Assembly: GCA_003696425.1 (NCBI GenBank)
Contig: RFHI01000104.1
Coordinates: 1 to 51,247 of the forward strand
Length of the DNA stretch: 51,247 nucleotides
Source: Candidatus Dadabacteria bacterium
GTDB taxonomy: Bacteria > Bdellovibrionota_C > UBA2361 > J046
Reading direction: 5' to 3'
A model generated the notes under the pieces. It did no database searches. It was not told where the DNA came from and saw nothing but the letters and a program-made list of their open reading frames with translations. The position numbers and the translations under genes are program-made. Shown piece by piece: positions 20,764-31,036 of the stretch (its first letter is position 1; the number at the start of each line of letters is the position of its first letter).

Positions 20764-21138
20764 ATGACAGCACAGGTTTATATAGTCGATGACGATCCGG
20801 TTATCCGGACCCTGGTGGAAGATTATCTATCTGCCAGCGGTTATGACGTAAAAGCCTATGAAAACGGGCATGCTTTTTTAGAGGCGATCACAAAGGAAGC
20901 TTCGGGTGAATCAGCAATGGTATTACTAGATCTTCAGATGCCTGACATGTCCGGTATTGATGTTTTAAAAGAAATTAAAAATAACAGCAATTGCGCCAGA
21001 CTTCCTGTTGTAATGCTATCAGCAAATAACAGCACAGAAGAACTCACCTCAAAAGCAGATGTGAAAGCAGATCGTTATCTGGCAAAGCCTTTTAACCCTA
21101 AGGACATCCTACAGATTGTAAAGGATTACTTGCGATAA
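20764..21138 (+). CDS. single-domain CheY-like response regulator
   Basis: MTAQVYIVDDDPVIR...VLLDLQMPDMSGIDVL...VVMLSA...YLAKPF is a canonical receiver. ATG at 20764 with SD GGAG is preferred over the track's TTG at 20725. Confidence 0.85.
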   Translation: MTAQVYIVDDDPVIRTLVEDYLSASGYDVKAYENGHAFLEAITKEASGESAMVLLDLQMPDMSGIDVLKEIKNNSNCARLPVVMLSANNSTEELTSKADVKADRYLAKPFNPKDILQIVKDYLR

Positions 21139-21226
21139 CGGCAACTTTAACCACTCTGTTGACTTAAGCGGATACCAGAGAATTGCTCCAGAAAAGAGAC
21201 TGTTAGCACTGTTGTGCATACGGCGG

Positions 21227-21270
21227 ACGAATCTTTTCGAAAGGTTATGAGAACTTTCGAAAAGATTCGT
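21227..21270. repeat. perfect 17-bp inverted repeat (hairpin, 10-nt loop) between convergent genes
   Basis: ACGAATCTTTTCGAAAG gttatgagaa CTTTCGAAAAGATTCGT. Each arm contains the palindrome TTTCGAAA. There is no flanking T-run. Confidence 0.85.
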
Positions 21271-21393
21271 TCCCGATGAGGGACTCCAACTTTCAAACTA
21301 AACTACACATTTAATCTACCAGTCCGCCCGGGAAATCAAAGTGCACTGCTAGACAGCCGAAAGCCTCTTTGTCTAATCATCTTAAATTTTCCA

Positions 21394-22200
21394 CTAAACC
21401 ATCCCCTCAAGTCTGATTCTTTCAATTGACAGCGCCCGGCCGTTATTATTATCAAACGTCGCCACGATACCGTTCAGCATAACCCTGCCTTTGGCGGCTT
21501 TATATGACCGCGGTCTTCCACTGGTCATACGGAACAAAGCCACATCACTATCCATACCAATTACCCCTTCACTGCAACCACACATACCGAGATCTGTGAT
21601 ATAGGCCGTACCGCCAGGAAGTATCTGTTCATCGGCAGTCTGCACGTGTGAATGCGTGCCATAAACCATTGACACCCTGGCATCTAAGTAGTGCCCCATA
21701 GCAACCTTTTCGGACGTCGCTTCTGCATGCATATCACAGACAATCAGCGCACAATTTTTAAGAGGTCCCGCAAGAATCCGGTCAGCTTCCTTAAAGGGGC
21801 AATCAAGCGAAAAGTTCATAAAGACCCGCCCAATTAAATTCATTACCCCCACCTTTACACCGGATGAAGTTTTAAACACTGTATAACCTTTTCCGGGAGC
21901 CTCCGGGTAATTTGCAGGACGAATAATTCGAGCACTCTGTTCCTCAAGCAGTGTTTCTACACCACGTTTATTCCAGGCATGATCACCAAGGGTTATAACA
22001 TCTGCTCCAGCATGAAAAATGGTATTCGCTGACTCCTTGTCCAACCCAATTCCTCCAGCAGCATTTTCGCCGTTTACAACCACAAGACTTGCGCCATATG
22101 TCTCTCTGAGAGCCTTAAGCTTTTTCCGTAGAAATGCCTTGCCGGGGCGAGCAACTATATCACCGAGGCAGAGAACGGTTGTTGTAGAACTTTTAGCCAT
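21394..22200 (-). CDS. ymdB: YmdB-family metallophosphoesterase (2',3'-cyclic-nucleotide phosphodiesterase type)
   Basis: 268 aa. VLCLGDIVARPGK, VVVNGENAAGGIGL, ITLGDHAWNKR, CDMHAEATSEKVAMGHYLD, GTHSHVQTADEQILPGGTAYITDLGMCG closely parallel B. subtilis YmdB as I recall it. Confidence 0.85.
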   Translation of the reverse strand: MAKSSTTTVLCLGDIVARPGKAFLRKKLKALRETYGASLVVVNGENAAGGIGLDKESANTIFHAGADVITLGDHAWNKRGVETLLEEQSARIIRPANYPEAPGKGYTVFKTSSGVKVGVMNLIGRVFMNFSLDCPFKEADRILAGPLKNCALIVCDMHAEATSEKVAMGHYLDARVSMVYGTHSHVQTADEQILPGGTAYITDLGMCGCSEGVIGMDSDVALFRMTSGRPRSYKAAKGRVMLNGIVATFDNNNGRALSIERIRLEGMV

Positions 22201-22391
22201 AGGGCTGTTACCTGTACAGAATAATTATTCAACGTATTATTAAGCTACGACTCTAAAATACCGATTAAATAACAACAGGTTACCAATGGCAAGATTGCCC
22301 CCTGAAAGCCTCTGCAAAATTTGAAGACCGCAAAGATTAATTCATTAATCATAATTAAAAACAGGTTTTCAGGTAGTTAAACAGGTTTTAA

Positions 22392-23090
22392 GTGGTGTTT
22401 TATTTATCTTCCAAATTAAGGTTTAATAGTTTACTGGCTGTTATTGTAGTTTGCTTGCTGACTCCCAATTTGAGTCAATCAGAAGCTAGAAATGCTAAAT
22501 ACCGCCCAACGGAATTTAACCGTCTTAAACTGGCAATCATCAAACTATCTGACACAGAAAGTCTCTATAGTTCAATGGACAGATGGCAGCGCTATTCAGA
22601 GAAGCTGCTTCATTCTCTCGCCGGCGACGATCTTATAGCTTTTAGCGGCGTAAATCCGGTAGTAAATATAGTATTTGAACACAAACCAAACGCTTTTGCC
22701 GAATATCCTAACAAGCTAATAATATCAAATGAATTAATAAACCTCACAACTTCCAGGGATGAGTATGCGTTTGTCCTGGCACACGAATTAGCCCATTTTG
22801 TCCTAAAACATCACAGTCATGCCAGAACTAAAATGCTGTCATACTCAAACCCCAGTGAAGCATTCCAGACGTATTTAAACGATGAACTGGCTGCTGACAG
22901 GCTGGCTCTTAACATAATGAAGAGCTCAGGTTTTAAGCAGAGTGCTGCAGTTTCAATACTTAAGAAGCTGGCTGACTACAGATCGGGGGACACAACTCCA
23001 CGGCTTGCCAGTATATACCCTACTCTAGCTATAAGAATTCATAAACTGGAGGATCAACTCAGCAACGGGCAGCGGGCGTTTTTGCAGTAA
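22392..23090 (+). CDS. M48-like zinc metallopeptidase (HExxH), secreted
   Basis: 232 aa, GTG start, hydrophobic N-terminus. AFVLAHELAHFVLKHH is an HExxH zinc site in an M48-like context. Confidence 0.55.
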   Translation: MVFYLSSKLRFNSLLAVIVVCLLTPNLSQSEARNAKYRPTEFNRLKLAIIKLSDTESLYSSMDRWQRYSEKLLHSLAGDDLIAFSGVNPVVNIVFEHKPNAFAEYPNKLIISNELINLTTSRDEYAFVLAHELAHFVLKHHSHARTKMLSYSNPSEAFQTYLNDELAADRLALNIMKSSGFKQSAAVSILKKLADYRSGDTTPRLASIYPTLAIRIHKLEDQLSNGQRAFLQ

Positions 23091-23301
23091 GATCCCTTAT
23101 TTTTTGCTTAATTTCAGCTAACTGAAAAAAAACTTTTAATATCAGCTAACTACAATAATTTAGAGCCCCAAAAATTTCACCAGTATTATAACCAGCAGGT
23201 TTAAGAAAATTTAATGCCTCGCCGATATTGTATTAGGGGCAAAGCAACGGTTTTACCTCATAATTAGAGCGGTATCAGTTAATTTAACGAGGGAAGAATA
23301 A

Positions 23302-24066
23302 ATGTCATTTAAGGATGATGCGCCGAATCTAAGCATGACTCCAGCCGAAAGGGCGCGAACTAATGTTTTAATTGTTGAATCTGATAGCAGCGACCGTAAC
23401 AGGATGAAATCAGCTATCCGTCAGCTGGGTTTTGGCAGTGTAACTGACTCCCCCAATCATTTACAGGCAATTGAAAAAATAGGTGAACGTCCTATTACCC
23501 ACGTCATCTTTGAAGCTAAAAAAACAAATATGCCGGCAAAGGAATTTCTTAAAAAAATTCTTGAAGCCGATCCAAAGCTCTGCTGTATCCCCAGCTCCTA
23601 TGAGCCCAATGTGGATGATGTTTTCGATATGCTGGTTATGGGGGCCAAAGGATATCTGGTAAAACCGTTTACCGTTGATACTGTTGAATCTGCTGTTATT
23701 AACTCTACCAAAGGTGAGCCAATCTCCGAGCTGGTTCTTAAAGCTAAAGATAGAAATGAAGCTCTAGTTGCAATAATGATGAGCAGCCTTGATAAAGCAG
23801 CAACCGTATTAAGGCAGGCTTATAAATTTGACACTGCCAAGCGAGAACTACCGCGGGCCATGGCAGGCTTCAGGCGCTCAGCTGAGCTGGCTCACACCTT
23901 TGCAAAGGGTGGAGATGAGGAGCTTATAGCCGCTATGGAACGTTTCTGTATAGAACGTAGCAAAGGGCCGGCAACTCGCTTGGGGCGCCTGAGAAAAAGG
24001 CTTAAAAACAAAAACAAACCGGCAGCAACTGCCCCATCCGGTCGCAGTGCTGGTGCAGCGAAGTGA
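23302..24066 (+). CDS. atypical receiver-domain protein with helical, basic C-terminal extension
   Basis: 254 aa. The receiver-like fold is NVLIVESDSSDR...HVIFEAKKTNMP...CCIPSS...GYLVKPF. Glu sits where the phospho-acceptor Asp is expected, while the conserved Lys (KPF) is kept. Confidence 0.55.
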   Translation: MSFKDDAPNLSMTPAERARTNVLIVESDSSDRNRMKSAIRQLGFGSVTDSPNHLQAIEKIGERPITHVIFEAKKTNMPAKEFLKKILEADPKLCCIPSSYEPNVDDVFDMLVMGAKGYLVKPFTVDTVESAVINSTKGEPISELVLKAKDRNEALVAIMMSSLDKAATVLRQAYKFDTAKRELPRAMAGFRRSAELAHTFAKGGDEELIAAMERFCIERSKGPATRLGRLRKRLKNKNKPAATAPSGRSAGAAK

Positions 24067-24211
24067 TTAGCTCTGAAAAATATTATAACTTCCCTAAATT
24101 AGTTTATTTTTTAACGAAACACTAAGCCCTTTAGGCCTCATAACACTTGTGAAGCCTTAACTAATTTCACTTTTCAGCTGCCAGAACGTTAGCGCTGGAT
24201 AAAGCAAGCAA

Positions 24212-24874
24212 ATGGAAAAAAGTTTTCATAACTGGGTAGTACTGATAACTGGTCTGTTTTACCCGCTGACCGGGGCTATCGGAACAGCACATGCAGATAA
24301 TTTAACAGATATATTAAACTCACCCCGTATGGCTCAGTTCTCCCTAGAATCCCGACAAATTATGAACCGCAACGCACGTCGTGGTAGAGTTTGGATAAAA
24401 AAAGGGTCATCATTATACAAAATTTTCAACCCCTCGGTTGGCGGCCCCTCATTACTCATAAACTGGATTGGGGGGAATATTAGCGGCTATAGAAAGATTA
24501 ATGAGCATGCACAGATAAAGTATGAATATGCCTATGCTTCTGCTAAATATCAAAACAGTAATGAAAAACAGTTCAAAGTTGAAGTGCTACTTCCCCATCC
24601 AAAATACCGCTCAAGTGTTGAATTTGGTTTAATTCAAGCGTTTAATAAATACAAACCACCTGTTTTGAAGGTCAAAAAGCAAGAGGTGATGTCCATCAAA
24701 GGGCATAAAGCACGTTTATATATATCAACTGCAAACAATTGCTCTATTGTACTAAATACACTCAAAAGCGGATTAATTAATATTGCGCAATCGGACTGCA
24801 GAGATTTTAAGGGTATAATCAAATTTGCCCGTTCACTCGATTTAATAAGGCTTAAACGCAAACTCAGCCTTTAG
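24212..24874 (+). CDS. hypothetical secreted protein
   Basis: 220 aa with signal-like N-terminus WVVLITGLFYPLTGAIGTAHA/DN. I recognise no motif. The gene is visibly more AT-rich than its neighbours. Confidence 0.4.
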   Translation: MEKSFHNWVVLITGLFYPLTGAIGTAHADNLTDILNSPRMAQFSLESRQIMNRNARRGRVWIKKGSSLYKIFNPSVGGPSLLINWIGGNISGYRKINEHAQIKYEYAYASAKYQNSNEKQFKVEVLLPHPKYRSSVEFGLIQAFNKYKPPVLKVKKQEVMSIKGHKARLYISTANNCSIVLNTLKSGLINIAQSDCRDFKGIIKFARSLDLIRLKRKLSL

Positions 24875-24879
24875 CTATT

Positions 24880-25323
24880 TTAGCCTGCCACCCGAAATTT
24901 GGTCGTCTCAATTTCACTTGCCAGCGCACGATAAGTTCTTGCCACTAGAAGCCGGATAGCACCAGAACTTCGATTGCTTGAGGATGATAACTGGCGATAC
25001 TGATTGCCCAGTTCAGTAAGCGCCGGCCTATTGGTAAACCCAGCCATCGGTATAAGCGAGCCTAACTCATCAGCAACGGCATTAAGCTCCTCTGCTGCGC
25101 CCTCGCCATCTGCAAGGCGCTTTAAATGACCCTCAATTCGGCTAAGCTGCGTACCGGCCTCAGGTGCGACACTACTTCGGTCGGCTTTTTCAAAACGGCC
25201 CCGGGCACTTTCAAGTACCTGATCAAGAGTTCTGGTTTCTCCTCGCGGAGCACAGCCCGCCAGTAGCGCTAAAACCGTACTAACAGCGATAATTCTAAAT
25301 AATGAAATCATCCTCTTTAACAT
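24880..25323 (-). CDS. hypothetical lipoprotein
   Basis: 147 aa. The signal with lipobox is VLALLAGC; the rest is helical and Ala/Glu/Arg-rich. Confidence 0.5.
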   Translation of the reverse strand: MLKRMISLFRIIAVSTVLALLAGCAPRGETRTLDQVLESARGRFEKADRSSVAPEAGTQLSRIEGHLKRLADGEGAAEELNAVADELGSLIPMAGFTNRPALTELGNQYRQLSSSSNRSSGAIRLLVARTYRALASEIETTKFRVAG

Positions 25324-25431
25324 CTTAAAACGCCCTCAGCTAAAAACTCTCTGCGGTTACCACCCAACTTTAGCGCAACAATTTGGTCTCATCAAATAGG
25401 TTATCACGATCATAAAAAAACAAAACGGCGT

Positions 25432-26970
25432 TTATGTTTCTCCGGATACTCCATCATCTTCAAAAGCCAGCGAAAAAAGCTCACCACGCTCATTTACCGG
25501 TGGTGATTCAGGAAACATTACCGTAAAGCGGGTACCTTCACCTGCCCGGCTGGTAACCTCAATCGAGCCTCCATGCGCATCAACTATGCTTTTTACAACA
25601 AAGAGGCCCAGACCCGACCCCGGAAGATCGCTGTGCTTATCAAGTCGTGAGAAGCGCTCAAAGATCTTTCTTATCTCAGCTGGCTCAATGCCAGTTCCAG
25701 TATCCTCAACGCTTATAAGCAAATTGCCTTCTTTACTACCCACGTCAATCCGAACTAGCCCCCCCTTGGCCGTAAATTTAACGGCGTTACTCACCAGATT
25801 GCCAACTACCCGCGAGAGGCCAAACTTATCCACCAGGCATTCCAACTCAGGATCAGCAATCCGATACTCTAGTCTGATACTGCGAGCATCAGCTATAGTT
25901 CTATTGTTTTCTATCACATCCTGCAGCACATCAGCTACTCTGCAGCGAGCAGGCTTTAAAATTAAACTGCCTGCACGTATGCGATGGGCACTTAAAAACT
26001 CATCTATCAAATTCAACGCCCCTTGAGCTGAGGAAGCAATACGCAAAGCAATTTGATATTCTTTGCTATCCTGCGACAGGCTATCTTTAAGAAGTTCAGA
26101 AGAAACCAGTATGGCGCCCAGTGGGCCTTTAAGATCGTGAGTGGTGGTTGAGAGAATCTCGCGCTGAAATCTCTCACGACGCTTTAAATCAGATATATCT
26201 CTGACCCACAGCACAGCCTCATTACGAGACTCCTGTTCTCCAACACTTTCCACTCTAATAGCAGAAAAGCTGAATTCATAAGCATGCTCGGGATCATCTA
26301 CAAAATTTATCTCTGTATTCCAAACCGCTCCTGGTGAAAAGTTTTTAAAATTCGCTACCAGACTTTCGTTTAAATCGCACCAATTAACAACTGAAGGAGA
26401 AAAGAGCTCGGATAAATCGTCAAGCTTACCATTACAACGTTTAACAAATCTTTTAAAAGCAGTATTACAGTAGTGTGGTGCTCCGTTGGTATCAAAAACA
26501 GCCAGCCCGTCATCGCTATTTTCTATCGCGATTCGCAGCACTTCCATCTCGCGCTGCAATCTGGTTTTTTCAGCTTCAAGCAACAAAGCTGAATAAACCC
26601 TTGATAGCGATAAATTAAGAATTTCTTTAAAATCCAAGTCGAATTGCTTCACTATATAATCACGGGCCCCGTGTTTCATGGCCTCCACAGCATCCTGAAG
26701 AGAGGTGGACGAAGTAAGTACGATAATCGGGCAGTCAGGAGATTTACTCTTAAGCCTGGCAATATGCTTTGTACCTGTTGAATCAGGCAGCTGAAGATCC
26801 GAGATAACCAGTTCGATTTTATTCTCTTCAAGCGCCTTAAGCGCCTCGCTTACAGTTACAACATGCAACACTTCCGCACAGCAGTCACTAAGCGCCCGTT
26901 TGATAAGCATAGCGTGCCCTGAGTTATCTTCAAGCAACAGCACCCTGTGAAATAGTTTCTCAGCCTGCAT
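25432..26970 (-). CDS. receiver-PAS-histidine kinase (REC N-terminal, HisKA + HATPase C-terminal)
   Basis: 512 aa. REC is RVLLLEDNSGHAMLI...LVISDLQLPDSTG...IVLTSS...YIVKQF. H-box is LSTTTHDLKGPL. ATPase boxes are NLVSNAVKFT, DTGTGI and GSGLGLFVV. Confidence 0.85.
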   Translation of the reverse strand: MQAEKLFHRVLLLEDNSGHAMLIKRALSDCCAEVLHVVTVSEALKALEENKIELVISDLQLPDSTGTKHIARLKSKSPDCPIIVLTSSTSLQDAVEAMKHGARDYIVKQFDLDFKEILNLSLSRVYSALLLEAEKTRLQREMEVLRIAIENSDDGLAVFDTNGAPHYCNTAFKRFVKRCNGKLDDLSELFSPSVVNWCDLNESLVANFKNFSPGAVWNTEINFVDDPEHAYEFSFSAIRVESVGEQESRNEAVLWVRDISDLKRRERFQREILSTTTHDLKGPLGAILVSSELLKDSLSQDSKEYQIALRIASSAQGALNLIDEFLSAHRIRAGSLILKPARCRVADVLQDVIENNRTIADARSIRLEYRIADPELECLVDKFGLSRVVGNLVSNAVKFTAKGGLVRIDVGSKEGNLLISVEDTGTGIEPAEIRKIFERFSRLDKHSDLPGSGLGLFVVKSIVDAHGGSIEVTSRAGEGTRFTVMFPESPPVNERGELFSLAFEDDGVSGET

Positions 26971-27096
26971 ACCCGAGAGACTACCTGTAATAGCACTATA
27001 GAATCAATGTCTTTAATTACTGTTTGATTTTATGGCTATGCTTTGATTAAATGCATGCTAAGTAGTTACACAGAATATTAATTCACAGGACCCGGT

Positions 27097-27624
27097 ATGA
27101 TTAAGCCTGACCACTGGATTCAAAAATTCGGCGAAAGCGGCGGCATTCTCCCTTTTAATCCCGAACAGGTTAATCCAGCCAGTTATGATGTCACCCTGGG
27201 CGATCACTGGATCTGTCCTACCCGCGATCCTGAAGAGATTAAGACCGACAAATTTACTCTCTTTCCTGGCGAAGTAATTCTGGCTACCACCAGAGAGTAT
27301 TTAAAGATGCCGCGTGATGTAGTGGCCGACCTTAAGCTTAAAAGCTCGCTTGGCAGGCTGTGGCTGAATCACAGTCTGAGCGGCTGGATAGACTGTAATT
27401 TTCACGGCCAGGTAACCCTTGAGCTTCAGAATCTGGGACCATATCCGCGTGTTCTTACTGCCGGTATGCGCATAGCTCAGCTGGTATTTATGGGGATGGA
27501 GTCTCCTCCTGAGCGGGCATACGGTGAGAAGGGTTGTGGCAATTATCAGGGTCAGACCGGCACCACCAGAGCCTGGAGCGAGGATTTCTTTCCGAAAGTT
27601 AAAGATGAGAGTGATAAGGAGTAA
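27097..27624 (+). CDS. dcd: dCTP deaminase / dUTPase-superfamily enzyme
   Basis: 175 aa. NPASYDVTLGD, the PGEVILATTRE beta-arch, and GWIDCNFHGQVTLELQNLGPYPRVLTAGMRIAQLVF match dCTP deaminase family motifs. Confidence 0.75.
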   Translation: MIKPDHWIQKFGESGGILPFNPEQVNPASYDVTLGDHWICPTRDPEEIKTDKFTLFPGEVILATTREYLKMPRDVVADLKLKSSLGRLWLNHSLSGWIDCNFHGQVTLELQNLGPYPRVLTAGMRIAQLVFMGMESPPERAYGEKGCGNYQGQTGTTRAWSEDFFPKVKDESDKE

Positions 27625-27649
27625 GCGGGCCGGAGCGTCAGGATTGATC

Positions 27650-27811
27650 GGTTAACATACTGTTATATTTTAAGAAGATTGAATTATCGGGGCAGATTTT
27701 TTTAAGTAGACCAGTGCGTTCTGGCTAAGTTGCAGCCAAAGAGAGTTTTAGTATTGGTTATGTCCGGAGCTGTTACCCTTTCATAGATGAATGCAGCCAG
27801 TTTACTGGCGG
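27650..27811 (+). repeat. ~160-nt non-coding block, copy T (inverted partner at 50831-50985); candidate structured RNA or regulatory module
   Basis: Aligns by eye over its whole length with the reverse complement of 50831-50985, at roughly 85% identity with one 7-nt indel. Identical runs include ctgttatattttaagaaga, tattggttatgt and cagccagtttac. Stops occur in all frames. Confidence 0.7.
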
Positions 27812-28114
27812 CAAATTGATAGCTGGCCAGCGAGCTTCGCTTTTGCGCCCGACTAGTCGGGCGCTGCTTCTCGTGCCGATTTAGTTACGCGATATATGAT
27901 TTAGGAAATACCACCAATTATCATTTCCACCACTGCAGTTTGAATCACAAAAGGCTGTTCCCTTTATTAGCGAAAACAATGTGCGCTCAGCCACTGACTT
28001 GGGATGCCTCCCTGCAATGTGCGAAAGGGAATAGAGTAAACACCGTTATCTCAACCATGGACCTCAAAGGACACTACCCCACACCGGCCGGGTTTTATCA
28101 GTTCCCTGGAAAAC

Positions 28115-28143
28115 TTGATAAATTCCTCCGAAAATGATAGCCT
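28115..28143 (+). promoter_or_regulatory. putative rpsT promoter TTGATA-N17-TAGCCT
   Basis: cTTGATAaattcctccgaaaatgaTAGCCTt, about 60 nt upstream of the rpsT ATG. The same -10 hexamer and spacing occur at the putative rpmJ-operon promoter. Confidence 0.3.
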
Positions 28144-28201
28144 TCTTAGCTTAGACGTTAGAATTATTCTTTTTATTTTAACTAGTTACATTGTAGATAC
28201 C

Positions 28202-28465
28202 ATGCCGAACCATAAATCTGCAGAAAAAAGACTCAGACAGAGCGAAAAACGTCGTGTACACAATCAGAGCCGCAAGGCAGCAGTTCGGACTGCAATTAAG
28301 AAGGTGCGTCGGGCGATAGAAGAGGGTAACCTTGATGAAGCCCGTAATCTCTTCAGAAACGCTCAGAGAATGATCGGTAAAGCAGTTGCTAAGGGGCTAT
28401 ATCACAAACAAAACGGTGCCCGTAAAATCAGCCGGCTGGCACGTGCGTTAAACAATGCTGGCTAA
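28202..28465 (+). CDS. rpsT: 30S ribosomal protein S20
   Basis: MPNHKSAEKRLRQSEKRRVHNQSRKAAVRTAIKKV... is canonical S20. The track's ORF (28115) starts at an upstream TTG; the ATG at 28202 is the evident start. Confidence 0.9.
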   Translation: MPNHKSAEKRLRQSEKRRVHNQSRKAAVRTAIKKVRRAIEEGNLDEARNLFRNAQRMIGKAVAKGLYHKQNGARKISRLARALNNAG

Positions 28466-28725
28466 AGCTGAAAAAGGCCCCGCAACACTACCGCGTTACT
28501 TTTCCAACAAACTTTTTTAACGCCAATTATTTATTACTAACGAAGTTTTTAGTAATTGCCTAAGACCGCTAAGTTAGACTTTCTCGGACTGTTGGAGATC
28601 CGACATGTCCCCTTAAATCAAATATCTCATAAAAAAGCTGTGACTAATTCCATATCAAATAAAAAGTTACGTTTGAATTAGCGTCACTATCAGCCCGCTT
28701 CAAGAGCAACGATTTTAGATTTAGG

Positions 28726-29328
28726 TTAAAAATCCGGAGCAACTGCTTCATTATATACCCGCCGGGCAAGCTGTTCAGCCAGCTGAGAGAGAATCTCCTC
28801 CTCCTGCCCGCGCGACACCTGCCTGTCCTCCAGTCCACTCAGATCAGCAGCACCTAAAGAACCGGAAGCAAAGTCAGCAGAACTTGTAACAACTACATCA
28901 CCAGTTGCACCAAAAGCACGCGCAACTGATAACCCTTTATTCCTCCAGAGCACATTACCATCCACACGACGAAGCTCTGCTGCCAGCGTTAAAACTGTCT
29001 GTGTCTGAAGAGCCGTATCGGTCTGTGAAGTGGATGTTTGTGTGTCACGTTTAAGGCTTACAATCGCAGCATTAAGAATAGCATCAGCATCTTCCTGTTT
29101 CTCTGTAACAGTTAACACACCGTAGCGCTCAAACTGATCGCGAAGTGCTTCAGTAACGGTATAGTCCAGGCCTGCCTCAGTAGTGCGGTTTTCTACTACT
29201 GGAATATATACACGCTTAATATCTGGTGGCAAAATGCTACCGCCACCCTGAAACTGATAGCCACAAGAAGATAGAGCTATAGTTATTAACAGAACGATCA
29301 ACTGCAAAATAACATTCTTTTGATACAT
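28726..29328 (-). CDS. lptE: LptE-like LPS-assembly lipoprotein
   Basis: 200 aa. The lipobox is ALSSCGYQFQG, followed by VYIPVVENRTTEAGLDYTVTEALRDQF, which is the pattern typical of the LptE/RlpB family. Confidence 0.55.
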   Translation of the reverse strand: MYQKNVILQLIVLLITIALSSCGYQFQGGGSILPPDIKRVYIPVVENRTTEAGLDYTVTEALRDQFERYGVLTVTEKQEDADAILNAAIVSLKRDTQTSTSQTDTALQTQTVLTLAAELRRVDGNVLWRNKGLSVARAFGATGDVVVTSSADFASGSLGAADLSGLEDRQVSRGQEEEILSQLAEQLARRVYNEAVAPDF

Positions 29329-29366
29329 GACTATCTTCCTTTAAAAACTATCAAGCTTGACCCTCA

Positions 29367-29714
29367 TTACCCTTTGCGCTTTCCAAGTACACTTATACGC
29401 TGCGGCAAAATATCAAGATAAGCCATAATGCCCCTACCACGCACTTTCAAATCTCTAAGCTCTTTAGAAGTATTATCCTTTAGCTCTTCTGCCAGAGACA
29501 ATACTAAAGCATGCTTACTCTCAAGCTCGCGCAATAAGGTCGTATGCTGCTGAAACTCTGCTGCTGAATTCATTAGGGCCTTTTCCAGGCTGCTAAACGA
29601 CTCAACATAATCAGCAAGCTTTTCAACAACTTCTTCGACATTTTGGCATTTTGAAGAATCAAGCAAGTCTTCGGCCTGCGCAATAAGTGCCGAAATATCA
29701 GATGCTCTTACCAT
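29367..29714 (-). CDS. hypothetical helical (coiled-coil) protein
   Basis: 115 aa, all-helical and acidic with a basic C-terminus (VLGKRKG). No recognisable motif. Confidence 0.4.
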   Translation of the reverse strand: MVRASDISALIAQAEDLLDSSKCQNVEEVVEKLADYVESFSSLEKALMNSAAEFQQHTTLLRELESKHALVLSLAEELKDNTSKELRDLKVRGRGIMAYLDILPQRISVLGKRKG

Positions 29715-29720
29715 ATCAGG

Positions 29721-30482
29721 CTACATAGCAATTATATTAAAGCCGCAATCAACGTAGACAACTTCGCCCGTCACACCTGAACTTAAGGGGCTTAAGAGAT
29801 AAAGCGCAGTACCAGCAACATCCTCCTGGGTGACATTACGCCTGAGCGGAGCTTTTTCCGCAAATTGCGCCAAAAGGCTTTTAAACTGAGGAATGCCGGA
29901 AGCTGCCAGTGTTTTTATGGGCCCTGCTGAAATTGCATTAACCCTGATGTTTTGCCCGCCGAGATCAGCAGCCAGATAGCGCACACTTGATTCCAGTGCT
30001 GCTTTAGCTACTCCCATAATATTATAGTTAGGCACAGCCCTTACTGCCCCCAGATAAGTCAGAGTAAGTATTGAACCGCCATCAGGCATAAGCCTCTTCG
30101 CTCTTCCGCTTACCCCAATTAATGAATACGCTGAAATATCAAGGGCTTTTTTAAAACCTTCACGGCAAGTCTCGGAAAACGGTTTTTTCAGATCATCCTG
30201 TTCAGCAAACGCGACTGAATGAACAACGCCATCCAGTCTGCCCCAACGCGATCCAAGCTCAGCAAAAAGATTATCTAAATCCTGATCGGAGGAAACATCA
30301 CATGGCAGTACATTATTACAGCTAATAGTCTCCGCCAGGGGGCGCAATCTTTTTTCAATAGCCTCGTTAACGTAGGTAAGTGCCAGCTCCGCGCCGTTCT
30401 GATGCAATCTTTCGGCTATTCCCCAGGCAATACTCTTCTGGTTAGCAACGCCCAGGACAAGTATTTTTTTACCGGCTAGCAT
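29721..30482 (-). CDS. fabI: enoyl-[acyl-carrier-protein] reductase (NADH) FabI
   Basis: 253 aa. GKKILVLGVANQKSIAWGIA, HSVAFA, the Y...K pair (NYNIMGVAKAALE), and RVNAISAGPIKTLAASGI. Confidence 0.9.
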   Translation of the reverse strand: MLAGKKILVLGVANQKSIAWGIAERLHQNGAELALTYVNEAIEKRLRPLAETISCNNVLPCDVSSDQDLDNLFAELGSRWGRLDGVVHSVAFAEQDDLKKPFSETCREGFKKALDISAYSLIGVSGRAKRLMPDGGSILTLTYLGAVRAVPNYNIMGVAKAALESSVRYLAADLGGQNIRVNAISAGPIKTLAASGIPQFKSLLAQFAEKAPLRRNVTQEDVAGTALYLLSPLSSGVTGEVVYVDCGFNIIAM

Positions 30483-30484
30483 AA

Positions 30485-31000
30485 TTATTCAGCTGATTCT
30501 TCACTGTTGGAATCCATATCAACATCTTTAGCGCTTTCGGCCTTTGCTTTTTTGCCGGCATTTTCACTGCCTGACTTCCCTGCTGCTTTTGCTTTTGAGG
30601 ATTTTTTACGGCTTTTAGCAGCAGCTTTTTTCTTAGGCTTCAACTCCTCCTCCACAAGCTGAATTACTGCCATGCGAGCCCCGTCACCTCTCCGCTCTAT
30701 AGTCTTAATCACACGTGTATAACCACCTGGTCTTGATTTATAACGGGGGCCAATCTCGCTAAAAAGCTTTCTTACAACATCTTTTCGCAAAAGATACGAA
30801 TAAGCACGTCTTCTGGCATGAAGCGTGTCGTTACCAGCAAGAGTAATCAGCTTTTCCACGACGCTACGCAGGTCCTTTGCCTTTGCCTCAGTAGTTTTAA
30901 GCTGCTCATGCAGCAACAGCGATGTAGCCATATTACGAAACATGGCCTTTCTGTGTTCTGCACTACGTCCAAATTTTCTGTAAGATTTTCTGTGCCGCAT
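30485..31000 (-). CDS. rplQ: 50S ribosomal protein L17 with Lys/Ala-rich C-terminal tail
   Basis: MRHRKSYRKFGRSAEHRKAMFRNMATSLLLHEQLKTT... The last ~45 aa are KPKKKAAAKSRKKSSKAKAAGK... Confidence 0.95.
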   Translation of the reverse strand: MRHRKSYRKFGRSAEHRKAMFRNMATSLLLHEQLKTTEAKAKDLRSVVEKLITLAGNDTLHARRRAYSYLLRKDVVRKLFSEIGPRYKSRPGGYTRVIKTIERRGDGARMAVIQLVEEELKPKKKAAAKSRKKSSKAKAAGKSGSENAGKKAKAESAKDVDMDSNSEESAE

Positions 31001-31036
31001 GAGCCTGTACTCCAGTGCATTTATGCAAGTAACAAA